Assembly (NCBI GenBank): GCA_043228905.1
Contig: JBHGNT010000005.1
Coordinates: 22,816,001-22,880,000, forward strand
Direction: 5' to 3'
DNA from: Azolla caroliniana
Taxonomy: Eukaryota > Plantae > Polypodiophyta
DNA: 64,000 bases
Part shown: positions 42,203 to 54,500 of the stretch, one piece after another
How the letters are laid out: each line of letters begins with the position of its first letter
How positions within the stretch are numbered: the stretch's first letter is position 1
Program-made: the position numbers and the translations under genes
The notes under the pieces: model-generated
What the model was told of the DNA's origin: nothing
Databases searched by the model: none
What the model saw: the letters and a program-made list of their open reading frames with translations, nothing else

Positions 42203-45200
42203 CTACGCATGATCTTGCAGTCTCAAGGTCACAGCCCGCTTATGTGCATCGAGCCCTTCAACTTCAGCCATTTTTGCTACAGAGGGACCAAGGGCTTGTA
42301 GCCCCTCCAAAGTCAAAGATTGCACAGTCATATGCTTCATAAACGAGTCAAGTGAAACACCCCCATACATGCGAGCATAGCCATATGTTGGTAGAACATG
42401 ATTAGTGCCACTAGCATAATCACCAACGCTTTCAGGTGTCCATTTTCCTAAGAAAACTGAGCCTGAATTCCAAACACCATTCATTAATAACCAAATTTCA
42501 CAGTTGTTGCCATTAAAATATACAATTAATAGATTAACTAACAATTTAGCCATTGTTCCCTATAGATAATGCCAATCATCCATTAGATTAGCTAATCAAA
42601 GTTAGCTTTTGTTACTCAATAAACTATCCCTTAGTATACTAACCAAACAAATTTAGTCATTTCCAACACATAAATAGGTTGATCACAGCCAAATCTTACC
42701 AGCATTTTCAATGTGACCCAGCCAATCCTCTGCATCATCGACATTGATAATCAAATGCTCTGGGGCATATGCGTTGGAAAAGGCACAAGCCTAAATCCAA
42801 AACCAGCTTGATTAATTACTTGTAGGCATCAACAATAAGTTTATATCAAGTACAGATAATTTTGTACCTCTTCCATGTTAGGGACGAGAAGAGTATAGCT
42901 ATGAGCTAGGGCTTTCATGGCTATATCACGCCGTGGCAGCTCATCACACTGTCTCTTTAGCTCATGTTCAATCGATTTTAAGTCGATTTCTCCAACCCCA
43001 ACAAGTACTACTTGACTGTCAGGCCCATGCTCAGCCTAAAGAAACAGTAGTATAATATCATCCAAACTCATGGAAAAAATTCACACTGTCAAGCTCTTCC
43101 AGGGTTCTATACCTGTGAAAGTAGATCAGCTGCCACATGGCGTGCGCTCGAAGATTTATTAGCTATAACTAGAACTTCTGAAGGACCAGCAGGCATATCT
43201 ATTGAAATCATGGCCTCACTATTCTGTTCAAAAAAGCCAAACCAATTCAGCGGAGGAAATGGGCTGCAAATGGTTGAAGACAGCACTGGAAAAAGAGGAG
43301 TTTCAAGCCACACTTCTGTCAGATGTGAAACAAGAAAGAATGATAATAAGAGAAGGAATATACACTGACTAATGAAATACTTCTATGTATAGATGTCATT
43401 CATATTGTGTTCTTTGAAACGTGAGTCTGCACCTCCTATGCAGGTTTGAAATGAGACTCAATTTCTTGGATGAGGTGTCCATACATGATTTTTATATGGG
43501 TTTGAATTGCACATATTTCTTAGGAATATACACTGAGTAAAGCAATACTTCTATGTATAAATGTCATTCGTATTGTGTTCTTTGAAACATGAATCTACAC
43601 CTTCTATGCAGGATGGAAATGGACCCAATTTCTTTGATGAGGTGTCCATACATGATCTTTATATGGGTTTGAATTGCCCATATTTATTATTGTGCTCTTT
43701 CAAACATGCATCTGCTCTCTTATGTAGGATGTAAATGAAACTCAACCTCTTTGATGAGGTGTCCATACATGATCCTATATGGGTTTGCGTTGCTCATATT
43801 TCTTAATGCATGATTAAACACCCACATCCTACACCCAAAATAATTATTTAAGCATTGCAATTAATTACTCCTTTCAGTATTCTAAAGATTTTTAACATAT
43901 CCTAGAGTATTGATGTCAAGATTTTAGTTAACTACATGTCCAACAATAGTTGAACCTGGTCCATCCACAATGTAAAATGGAATTCATATGAACACATAAA
44001 GACTTTTAATTACTTATTTCAGTATTCTAAAGATTTTTAACATATCCTAGAATATTGATGTCAAGATTTTAGTTAACTACACGTCCAACAATAGTTGAAC
44101 CTGGTTCACCCACAATGTAAAACAGAATTCATATAAACACATAAATGTAGCATTAGCTACTTCATCATACAACATTAGCTACTTCATCACTAATGTTGAC
44201 ATCAGTAGCGCCCCCACTTTTAATTTCCTCTTTGATTCATGAAACATCGAGATGCTCTTCTCAACTGGACTTATCTTGTCTCGAAGAGATGATCACAATT
44301 GCTATGAATGGAAAATTCACCCCACAATCTAGTTTCAACTTACTGATAAACAGACGCAACTAATAAGAATTGAAAAGACAGGTGGCATCCACACATAATA
44401 CATTAGTGCGTGTGAGTGTCAGGCTAGGGAACAACTACCTGGTTTCATGTTGCCGCATGGGAATGTAATAGAGAGGCTTAGGTTTTCTATATTTAAACTC
44501 ATCGAAGCAGGCTTAGACATTAGAAAACACTGACAATACCCTATAATATTACCAAGAAATATGGTTCTTCATATGAACTGGTCAATACTAATTACACATT
44601 GAATTATGCAGACCTGTAATAGCATCTTTGCAGCTGTCACATACTGATTTCCTGGCCCAAAAATCTTGTCAACCTATCAATAAGCCAATAACATAAATCA
44701 AAGTAATATTATCAGTTAGTCGGTATGCCAATGTAAACAGATACCATCCAAACTACATAAATGACATGAAACCTTAGGGCAGCTTGCAGTTCCCCATGCC
44801 ATTGCAGCAACAGCCTGGATAGTTAATCAGAAGAATAAAGATTTAAACTAAATGACAATCATGGAAGTTAATGCTGCTCTCATATAGACTAAAACTTGCC
44901 TGTGCACCTCCTGCTTTCAAAATAAATGTGACACCTGCTTTCTTTGCACAATATAAAACTTCCTGAAAATGATTTGATTTTACAACCTTGTGCCTGAAAG
45001 TGTAAAGAGTCAAGCAAAATAGTGTACAAATCACACAAAATGTCACTCAAAACTTACAGGACAGATAGACCCATCTTTTCTTGGAGGTGTTGCAACGACG
45101 ACTGTTTTACAACCAGCAATCTGGGCAGGCTACATAAGTATAGAGAGTTCAAGGCATCTCTCAACTATTCTTAAACATCCTCGTTATCAATTAAGAAGTG

Positions 45201-46704
45201 GCAGATCAAGACAAGGTTGGCGTAAATATCCTTCTTATCTCAATCGATAATTAGCACTTACTACTGCAAGCATCAAGGCAGTTGATGGTAAAATTGCTGT
45301 TCCACCAGGTACATATAGACCTACAGCATTGATTGCTCGTGCAACTCTTCTACATTTCACTCCCTACTTAAAAGAAAATGGAGACATTAATTTGTAGACA
45401 TCTAATGAATGATGTATGAATCAGCTTCACTTCGAGTAATATCAAACTAGATAAAGAAAAAAGAGACATACTGGCATGTTTTCAACTTCAAGTTCATATT
45501 TCTTTTGCGCCGCATGGAATGCATATATGTTTCCATAAGCAATATCGAATGCTGCTTTCACATCTGAATTGAGCTTTTCAGATGTATTTGATCAAGAAAT
45601 TTGTTAGAAAAAGAAACTAACATTGCGTAAAATCAAGCTCAAACGATGACTGCATCTGGTTGAGTCTTTTGAGGACACAATCAAAAAACTTGCTAGAAAT
45701 TGAATGGAAATCTTATTAGCATGTTTGAAACAATAATACACCTTCATTAAGTTTTTCAAAGGCACAATCAAGAATTTTGGGAATAAGCAGTGATACCTCT
45801 GGGTCTGGTAGATCGTCCACTCTTTCAAGCACGGTCTCTAGATTAACTCCATCGAATTTTGTGGTATAGCTGTCAGGAATACCTGGTAAAGTTAATTCCT
45901 TTGCTTTGTGCTGCTAGATCAAACATTATACATCATGCACACCACCTCTACCTCTACTGTCATCAGAACAATCAGGATGAACAAGAATATCTACACACTC
46001 TATTCAGTGATTTCATTAATAAACATCATAGACATCCCCTTGGCATTTGCAGATGCAATGTACATATATTATGGACACAATAAGGATGATACTTACTCTA
46101 TCACTGCTGAATCACCACGACTGCGAACATCCTCCAGAATAGGTCCTACCTGAACAAGAAGTCACAGAAATACGAAAAATATAGAGGCAAAACAAGTAAT
46201 TGCATGAAACAAATGAGGAAAAAATAGCAAAAATTAACTGTTTTGAATATTGAAGAGAAATCAATTCGAGGGCGATCACGCAGGCTTTTCAGTTGGCTAT
46301 CAGATAGATCAGATAGTTTATAGGTCTTCAAAACATCAACCGAGCAGACTGCATTGACTATAGTAATAGAAATATTTCAGAGGAAAGAATGGAGAAAGTA
46401 ACATAAAAATGAGGTGCATAGAATTAAACAAGAACGCACACAGGTAGAGGGTGCAATAAAAACAAGAAATTAAAGGGTGGAATTACATGCACTATATTAT
46501 TTAGCAATGCATTAAGCAAGAAAGAGATATAGAGGAAGACGAAGAAGAGAATTTTGATTTACCTGCGAGAGACATGCTTGGAGAGTGGACAGAGACGAAA
46601 GAATGGAGAGAGACGAAATGGGTTTTGCTCGAATTAAGTTCTTGGCGCCGCAAAACCTCGCGAAACGAAACTCTGCCTCCTCCACTGAAGAGAAGAGTAT
46701 CCAT
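42203..46704 (-). CDS. HISN8: Histidinol dehydrogenase, plastid-targeted, ~485 aa, 14 exons
   Basis: Exons 46704-46563, 46357-46239, 46149-46097, 45869-45797, 45573-45472, 45363-45262, 45129-45058, 44962-44900, 44814-44773, 44673-44614, 43223-43113, 43035-42868, 42790-42700, 42462-42203 total 1458 nt. Motifs: [79 protein letters not shown]. Confidence 0.97.
43354..44145. repeat. Two duplication blocks in HDH intron 10: a ~168 bp unit x ~2.7 and a ~140 bp unit x 2
   Basis: gatgaggtgtccatacatgat...tatatgggtttg occurs three times (units ~43354, 43522, 43688). tttcagtattctaaagatttttaacatatcctag...acacataaa occurs twice (~43860, ~44007). Confidence 0.9.
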
Positions 46705-47053
46705 TCCTCTGTTTCTCAAATTTCTCTCTGCTTTTTATCTCTCCAAACCTCCGTTTTAGGACAGAGGGGAAGAGTACATAAAAATAAATAAAAATAGAAC
46801 TAAAACAAAAAACTAGAGGCTCTTCTTCCTTATCGGAAAATCTAAACAAACATTAAGACTTTTTCCGGCACCAGAAAGAAGTTTTGGTAGGAACCCCCTA
46901 CAAAAAGAACCAAAACACATATCGCGATTCTCCTGGTTTTGCATGTGCTGGAAGGAATCTCCGCCTCTTCTTGTCGGTGGAAGGATGGAGTGTGCCGGAA
47001 AGTTCCTCCTCCTCTCCATATGAAATTATGTTTTAGGTTAGATTTATGTGATT

Positions 47054-47074
47054 TTAGGGTTAGGGTTAGGGTTT
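47054..47074 (-). promoter_or_regulatory. Telo-box (AAACCCTA) within (TTAGGG)3 upstream of HDH
   Basis: The minus strand reads AAACCCTAACCCTAACCCTAA. Telo-boxes are known near transcription starts and in 5' UTRs of plant housekeeping genes. Confidence 0.55.
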
Positions 47075-47131
47075 CTATGATTTTCTTGTGTGATGATGAT
47101 AATGATGATGATGATGATGATGATGATACAT
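47075..47131 (-). promoter_or_regulatory. Candidate poly-His upstream ORF MYHHHHHHHHYHHHTRKS* ahead of HDH
   Basis: ATG TAT (CAT)8 TAT CAT CAT CAC ACA AGA AAA TCA TAG on the HDH sense strand. The ORF is certain; its transcription and translation are not shown. Confidence 0.5.
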
Positions 47132-48073
47132 GTATATGGTTTGAATGCCTATGCATGGTTTGTGTCTATTTCGAGCCAAATATTAAATAGGCATGGTGAG
47201 GGCATCAATGCCATGGACGGTGCAAGGAGCGCTTCGATAATGCCGTGAAATCTGCACCCTTTAAATCATTATCCTAGAATAATTTGTGCCCATTTCTAAC
47301 CCGCCTTTGTCCTTGCATCTGCCATTTCTAACCTAGGTCTATTCTTGCCTCTGTCACTTCTCACTTGGCCCAATGTTTCTAACCTGACTGACTATTTTTT
47401 CCAACCTGCCCCCCTGCCTGGTTCAATTTTCCAATTGGTCTACCTATGTCTAACCTGACCGAAGTTTGTAACCCCATTACTTGCATGTAACCTGGCCAAT
47501 TTTTTTAAAAGACTAGAAAATTCAAAGATCACAAAAGTTTAGCCATCAAAAATTTCAAATATCACTATTGAGAATCAAACTCAACTTACTTTAGGGCGTG
47601 AACACACCTTAAGAATAGGCAAGTGTGTGCACACACCACCACTCTATAATAGTAACTAATGTGTCATAGAATGCAACTCCTATGACACAATTATTGAGGT
47701 AGTTAAGGTTTTCCCCTTCCCGAGATCCTAGAAAGAGAGAGAGGGCATTATAGTGAGAAAATATACGGAGAAGGTGACTTTACATATAAAGGACCCTTCT
47801 CTCTCTTTTGTAACGGTTGGTTGTCATTCTTTCTTGTGAAAATACAATTTTCTATTTTCTGTCTATCTTGTGTCTATTCTCTCTTCTCTCATACACACAC
47901 ATACCACTAATCTATTTCCGCAATACATAATCACATACTTGATTATTTACATGGTATCAGAGAGATTTGGTAGTGTGATCTAGCCCATCTGCAAGTGTTG
48001 TCTCCTACACCATCATTCAAGTGGAACCAGTTGATCGCTATCGTAGTACCACTACATAGTTCGTATTTAAGAG

Positions 48074-48117
48074 AGAAGAAGAAGAAGAAGAAGAAGAAGA
48101 AGAAGAAGAAGAAGAAG
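48074..48117 (+). repeat. (GAA)n microsatellite in the Copia A leader
   Basis: About 14 GAA units, read directly. Confidence 0.95.
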
Positions 48118-51100
48118 GAACCCCATTTAGACCATCATGAATACTCAGATGGGAAGCTCACTTCCTAGTGAAAAGTTGGATCGAAACAATTGTGCATCTT
48201 TGTCGAGTGTTGTACTGCTTGGTGTCATGTGTTCACGATCACATGCTTGGCTACATTCGAGAAGCCAAAATGTTGAAAGAAGCTTGGGAGAGCCTCAAGA
48301 AGATATTTGCAGCTAATACGATTGCATGAAAGCTTCAACTCCGTCAAGAGTTGAACAATGTCCAACAAAAGGACATGTTGATCATAAGCTACACCTTGAA
48401 GATCAAGGAGTTATGTGACTCACATGGCTCGATCAACGTCAATGTTGATGAGGATGAAATGGTGCAAATATGCCTTGGTGGCCTCGCACCATGAGAACCG
48501 CCGTTCTAACAAGGGAGAATCCACCTTCCTTCGTCAACCTTCAGTCAATGCTATTGGTGGAAGAAAACCACATCCAAATGTCAAGGATCATCGCCTCGGA
48601 AGGACACATGCTCTATTCACACTCGAAGGGTGGTAGAGGACGCAGTCACGAAAGAAGAGGTCGATTTGGCCAAGGAAGAAACGGACGAGGTCCATCTCAT
48701 GAGGGCACTTTCGGCTAGAAAGTGGGAACAATTGTGGAATGCTTGAAAGAAGGGGGAGCTTCCATGCCAGACCAAACAAGCAAACAGACCAAACATGCAA
48801 TGTCTCATTCAACAAAGAATCAAAACCTTTATTAAGAATGTCCTGCATGTTCAGAGCCCAGACAATAACAAAAAACTTGATCTCGATCGACAAAATTGTG
48901 GAGCAAAGCATGCAAATCCGATTCACCCATGGAGGATGTTTCATCGAAAAGGAGGGCTGACTCATCGTAGAGGACGAAAGGAAGGCCGAATGTTTAGTCT
49001 CGATTCAAACAAGGTAAAATCGGCCACGTTTGCGAAGGGTCATAAAGCTGCCATTGACATAGAGTTGTGGCACAAGAGAATCAACCACATCAACCTCCAA
49101 AAACTCAAGGGATGCAAACAAAAGGAGTTGTTATCATATTTCCAACCTTCAAAGAGAAGGGAATCAAAGGAATTTGTGAGGCATTCCAATTCGACAAACA
49201 ACATCAACACCCATTTCCAAAAGAAAGAAATGTGAGTAAAGGCATCTTGGATGTAATCCACTAAGATGTTTGGGGACACAAACAACAACATTCGATGGAT
49301 GTTGTTACTATGTCACTTTCATCGATGACTACTACAGGCACACTTGGATCTTTCCAATGCGCCAGAAGAATGAAGTGTTTTCACACTTCCAAAATTTCAA
49401 GAACGGAGTTGAAAAGGAAATGGGCCGACATGTTCGGTGCCTTTGATCGGATGGAGGAAAAGAGTACTTCTTTGACACCGTCACAACATTTCTCCAAAAA
49501 GAAGGAATCTATTGAGAATTTATGTGCTGACACATGCCACAACAAAACAGAGCAGGCGAAAGGAAGAATCGACACATCCTCGAGGTAGCAAGGGCCATGA
49601 TGAATGAGAAGAACTTACCAAACTCATATTGGGAAAAAGCGGCATGTATGATCATGTACTTGAGGAATCGATGTACAACATCTAACATACATGACGTCAC
49701 ATGTCACGAGAAATAATTTGGAAGGAAGCAAGATCTATCTCACATAAAATATTCGATTCCATTGCATTTGTGCATATTCCCGATGAGAAAAGGTAAAAGC
49801 TCGATTTGATATAAAAAAAATGTATTCTTGTGGAGTATTCTCTTGAGCAAAAGGGGTACAAGTGCTTCAACACTTCTACCCAAAAGGTTCGAGTGAGTTG
49901 GGAGTTGGGATGTTGTATTTGACGAATTGGGGTCATGGTATGAACCCGACACATCTACACCCAAACTGATAGAGGAGGAATTGGAATTCAACTCGGAGGC
50001 TGACATTCGACATAGTCTGATACCAAGGGAAAGCCCAATCGCAACCATGTTGAGTGGACCGCAAGAGCCGCTAAGCAATCAAAACACGACTCAATAAGGT
50101 GTTGCATCGGATAAAGGAAAAAGTGAGATGCTTGAATATGAAGTCGACCACTTTGACGGAAAGATTTGGACGTGTCAGCTCACTCACTGGATAGTGAGTT
50201 TGGTGTGCCTATTATGCGAATGCCCGAAGTAAAGCTCTTGCAGCAACAAACGAGAAACTCTGACGCTCGACCAGAGAAAAGAATGTCGTCACCCGGTTCG
50301 ACGACAATGACTACATGCTACGTTCTGCTAAAAAATTGCCAGTTCTCTATCATCAGTAACAACTGGTTCAGTCTAGTTCAAGAGATGGGGAAGGAGGCCC
50401 CCTCACGTAATTACTAAGGAACGATTCAGACTGTACTAGCTTTAATTGCAACAAAAGGGTTTCATCTCCATCAAATGGACGTAAAGAATGTGTTCCTCCA
50501 AGGTGAGATAGAAGAGGAGGTGTACATGGTACAACCACCTGGCTTCAAAACGAGATCACATCCGAATGTTGTATGCCGACTTAAGAAGCCTCTCTATGGC
50601 CTCAAGCAAGCGTCTAGAGCATGGCACTCAAAGATAACATAGTTCCTTCACCAAATTGGCTTTCGGATGTCCAATTCTGACAATTCCCTATTCATTCAAA
50701 GCGACCCAAGTGGTTAGATATTCATTATCATATATGGCGATGGCGTGGTGATTGGAGGAGAATACATAGCCGATAACAACAACATCAAGATGCTCCTCTC
50801 TGGAAAATTCAAGATGAAGGACATGAAAGAGCTCCACTATTCCTAGGCATTGATGTAATTCAGACTCCAAAGAGCATCATGATCTCCCAACAACACTACA
50901 TCCTAAACTTACTATTCAAGTTCGGGATGACTGAATGTAAGCATGTGTCTACTCCTCTTGATCAAAACATGAAGTTAGACGCCGATTCCGGCACTATAGA
51001 TTGTGAGTTGACACACTATCGACAATTGGTAGGAAGCCTAATCTACCTCACTATCACTCGACCCGACCTCTGCTATCTAGTTGACTTCCTTAGCCAATTC

Positions 51101-51504
51101 ATGCAAACACCATGCGATATTCATCTAGATTGTGCTAAGAGAGTGTTACAATACGTGAGCGGCATGATGGATTATGACATTCTCTACAAGTTAGCAATGC
51201 CAATTCGACTCAAAGGGCACACAGATGCCGATTGGGTCGGCTACAAAGCCGACCGACGCTCAATCTCAGGGTTTTTTTTCTCCATCGAAAGTGGTGCCAT
51301 ATCCTGGAGAAGCAAAACGAAGCTGACGATCGCATTGTCGAGCATAGAGGCCGAATACAGGGGTGCGGTCGTAGCTGCATGTGAAGCGGTATGGCTCAAG
51401 AGGATTTTAAAAGATTTGGACATCTCCATCAACAATGCAATCTTGATCTACTACGATAACCTCAAAGTATTCATCTTGCTCGGAACTTGGTCTTCCATGC
51501 TTGA

Positions 51505-54500
51505 TGTTACGGGCATGACCATATAATATCCCGTGGTGAGAATGTATTGTAGTATTCTATACACGTGGATAAAGTGTGAGGGTTAAACGAGAGTGTAAAG
51601 AAGGGGAGGAATACTTTTAATCCTCGGGATTGAGACAACCCATTAGGCCAAGTGTGAACTTGCCTGGGGGCCTTGGGTCTGGCTATAAATATGAGGCCTA
51701 ACTACCCTCATTTCATCATCTGTTGACTACGTCGAGACTCTGTCATTGTGGTGGGTCAACTCTTGTAGCGAGCGTGCTAGCACCAGGTATGACTCAATGC
51801 CACAACGATGGTATGGGACGCTGATCAAGGCTCGAGTCCGTCTCGATCCCTTCGCTCGGGGGTGCTTGAGTGGATCGACACCCTTCTTTCTCTCTCTCCT
51901 TTCTTATAAACTATCTTCGTTATCCTTATCATATGCTTAGTTTAGATCTAAGCTCTAACAGTTGGTATCAGAGCCATGTTTCTAATGTTTTGTTTGTTGA
52001 TTGTTTTCTTTTGATGGATGACAATCGATCGGTGTGCGGTCGACAATGATTCAGAAAGGCATTAACAAGCGAAATTCGGTAACTCATTCTGATTTTTTTT
52101 CTCTATTCTTTCTTCTCCCAATCTAATCATGTATAGTCAATATGTATTTTTTAAATTTGATTCAATGATGTTGTAGTGGTAATGGATTGGTTGTATAAAA
52201 TGTATACTTATGTGCATGTCAAGATGAATACCATTTGACATATATTTGATATGTGATTCGCGTCGTATACGTACAAGGTTAATACCTCAATTGCGTATTA
52301 CATTCACATACATATGTTATGTATGCATATGAGGTGAATACCTCGATTTCTATGTAAATGATATGTGATTGGTGTCGTATGCATAAGAGGTCAATACCTC
52401 AATTGTGTATTACGTTCACCCTTATTTTTGGATGTTTCGTGTGCATAAAGGCTATATGCCTCGATTACGTGTCTCGATTTCATCATTTGTTGGCTATTTT
52501 ATGTTACGATTTTTTTAAATATATGCATATGTGGTCACATATATACGTATTTGATCGTATACATGTGATAAACATACATATGTGTATATTAATTATTATC
52601 ATATTTTGTATATCGAATGTGGTCCTTTTCGGGGAAAGGATCTTGGTGGCCGTCATCACATTTTTGTGAGAATGGAGTAGTCACCATCCATTTTTCAACA
52701 ATTTTTTTGTTGTCATCCCCGTTGGTCACTTAGATTTTGCTACGTGTTATAACAAAACAATCATAGGGACAATGATGTTGAGTGCGTGGGGCTTGACCCA
52801 CTTCATGTGAGGTCGCTCCAATGACACACACATCCAACATCCCTCCCTCGTTACATGGATACGATGCCACCATGAGATCATCATTATAGAAGGCATTCGT
52901 AATGATGTAACCATGTGATGGGCCACGTAGGCCTACTATGAAAAGAAGGCTCAGTTGGCTTAACCATTAGGTTGCACTTTGGTGTATGCCATCGTAATTA
53001 TGAGACTTCAGGTTAGGTAACGTACCAACATAATTTTGTAGTAAACGAGGGGGAAATAAGGACTCTCGACATATATGTTTTCTTTTAAAAAACATGTATG
53101 GGCAAATGCCTTTGCATATCTCTTATACGCATTTATAAAACATTAAACACTCAAAATGAGCAAACCGATTGGTTAGCTCAAGTGTTTAATGCATTTGTTC
53201 TCGAGGTCTTGAGTTCAAATATGACCAAGACCATACAACATCGTTGATACATATGACTATAACACATGTTTAGACTTTAGGTCTAAGTGCACTTCAGGGT
53301 CCTCGTAACAGGACTTAAAGAGCCGAAACCACATGCGTGGGCACAAAGACATTATAGTTTATTGTTAACATTTTTCCATGTTTAAACTGTTCATGACGCA
53401 AACATACATGGTTGAGCCTCGGGGAGCCGCCATGAAAAAATCGATACAGAGATTAGGGAAAGACATTCATTTGTCACCCCCATGGTTTTTAAAACACCTT
53501 TATGTTACCATAGTAACCTGATCCTGAACCTCATCTCATACGTCTAGAGGGGTATTGACGTGAGATCATGATATCGATTAATGTTTGCCCATGATGAGTT
53601 TACATCATGACATAATGTTATGACTATTTGTTTGACCTTATCCTATTTCTTTGCCAGAATTATCATTCAATGGCTCATAATAACGACCCGATGGCATCCG
53701 CACAAGTGGAAGGAAATCAAGGAAATCCTCCTGAGCCAATCCCCATTGAGTCGTATTTTTTACAAATATAAAATTTCTTTAATTCAACCTTGCATCAGAT
53801 GACCGAACTTCGGGAATCTCATAGTGCTCACGAGGCACGTGTCATTAGTTTACAACGTGATACTAATAGATAGTCTCGATGAACATCAAGGTGAACCATC
53901 ATTTGTCGTAAAGCCATTTACGGTAGAAAAAAGGAAAGAACCGAAGAAGCAATCTGCACGTGGTTGGGCTGATGGGAGTCTCATTTTGAGCTCTTTCCCA
54001 AGCCAGATAGTACGAAAATTGCATATGTTGGTCGAGAACTAAGGGGTAAGGCCTCCGCTTGGTGGCGTGGGCTTCGCACTTTGGGGAAATTGCTCGATAC
54101 CTAGACAGAATTAGTCACAGTTTTCAAGGGCAAATTTTTGCAATATCCATCTCAAACCGAGGCAACACAAGCTTTAATGAACCTCTCTAGCAGGAAGTTT
54201 TCCGCGTTAGAAGACCATGTTCACCATGCTAGAACCCAAATCCAAAAATCGGGTCTAGAAGGGGACAACTGGTTAATAACGTGTTTTGTCAATGGCATTC
54301 CCAATTCAGACTATCACTAGATAGTGCATGATAAGGATCCCAAATCCTTCGAAGAGGCTGTTGAAATAGTTCTTCGCTATCAACGCACTTCGAAGAAGGA
54401 CCATAACAAACCCAACGAAGTGCTGGGGACTAAGTAGTTGCGATTTGATGTGAAACTCAAGACACCCAACGAATTCATGGATCACGATTGTAAGCGACAA

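Noticed and set aside
44145-44215. Possible intronic box C/D snoRNA (two RTGATGA on the HDH sense strand)
   Set aside because: The boxes arise from a short local duplication, with no convincing terminal stem or guide identified.
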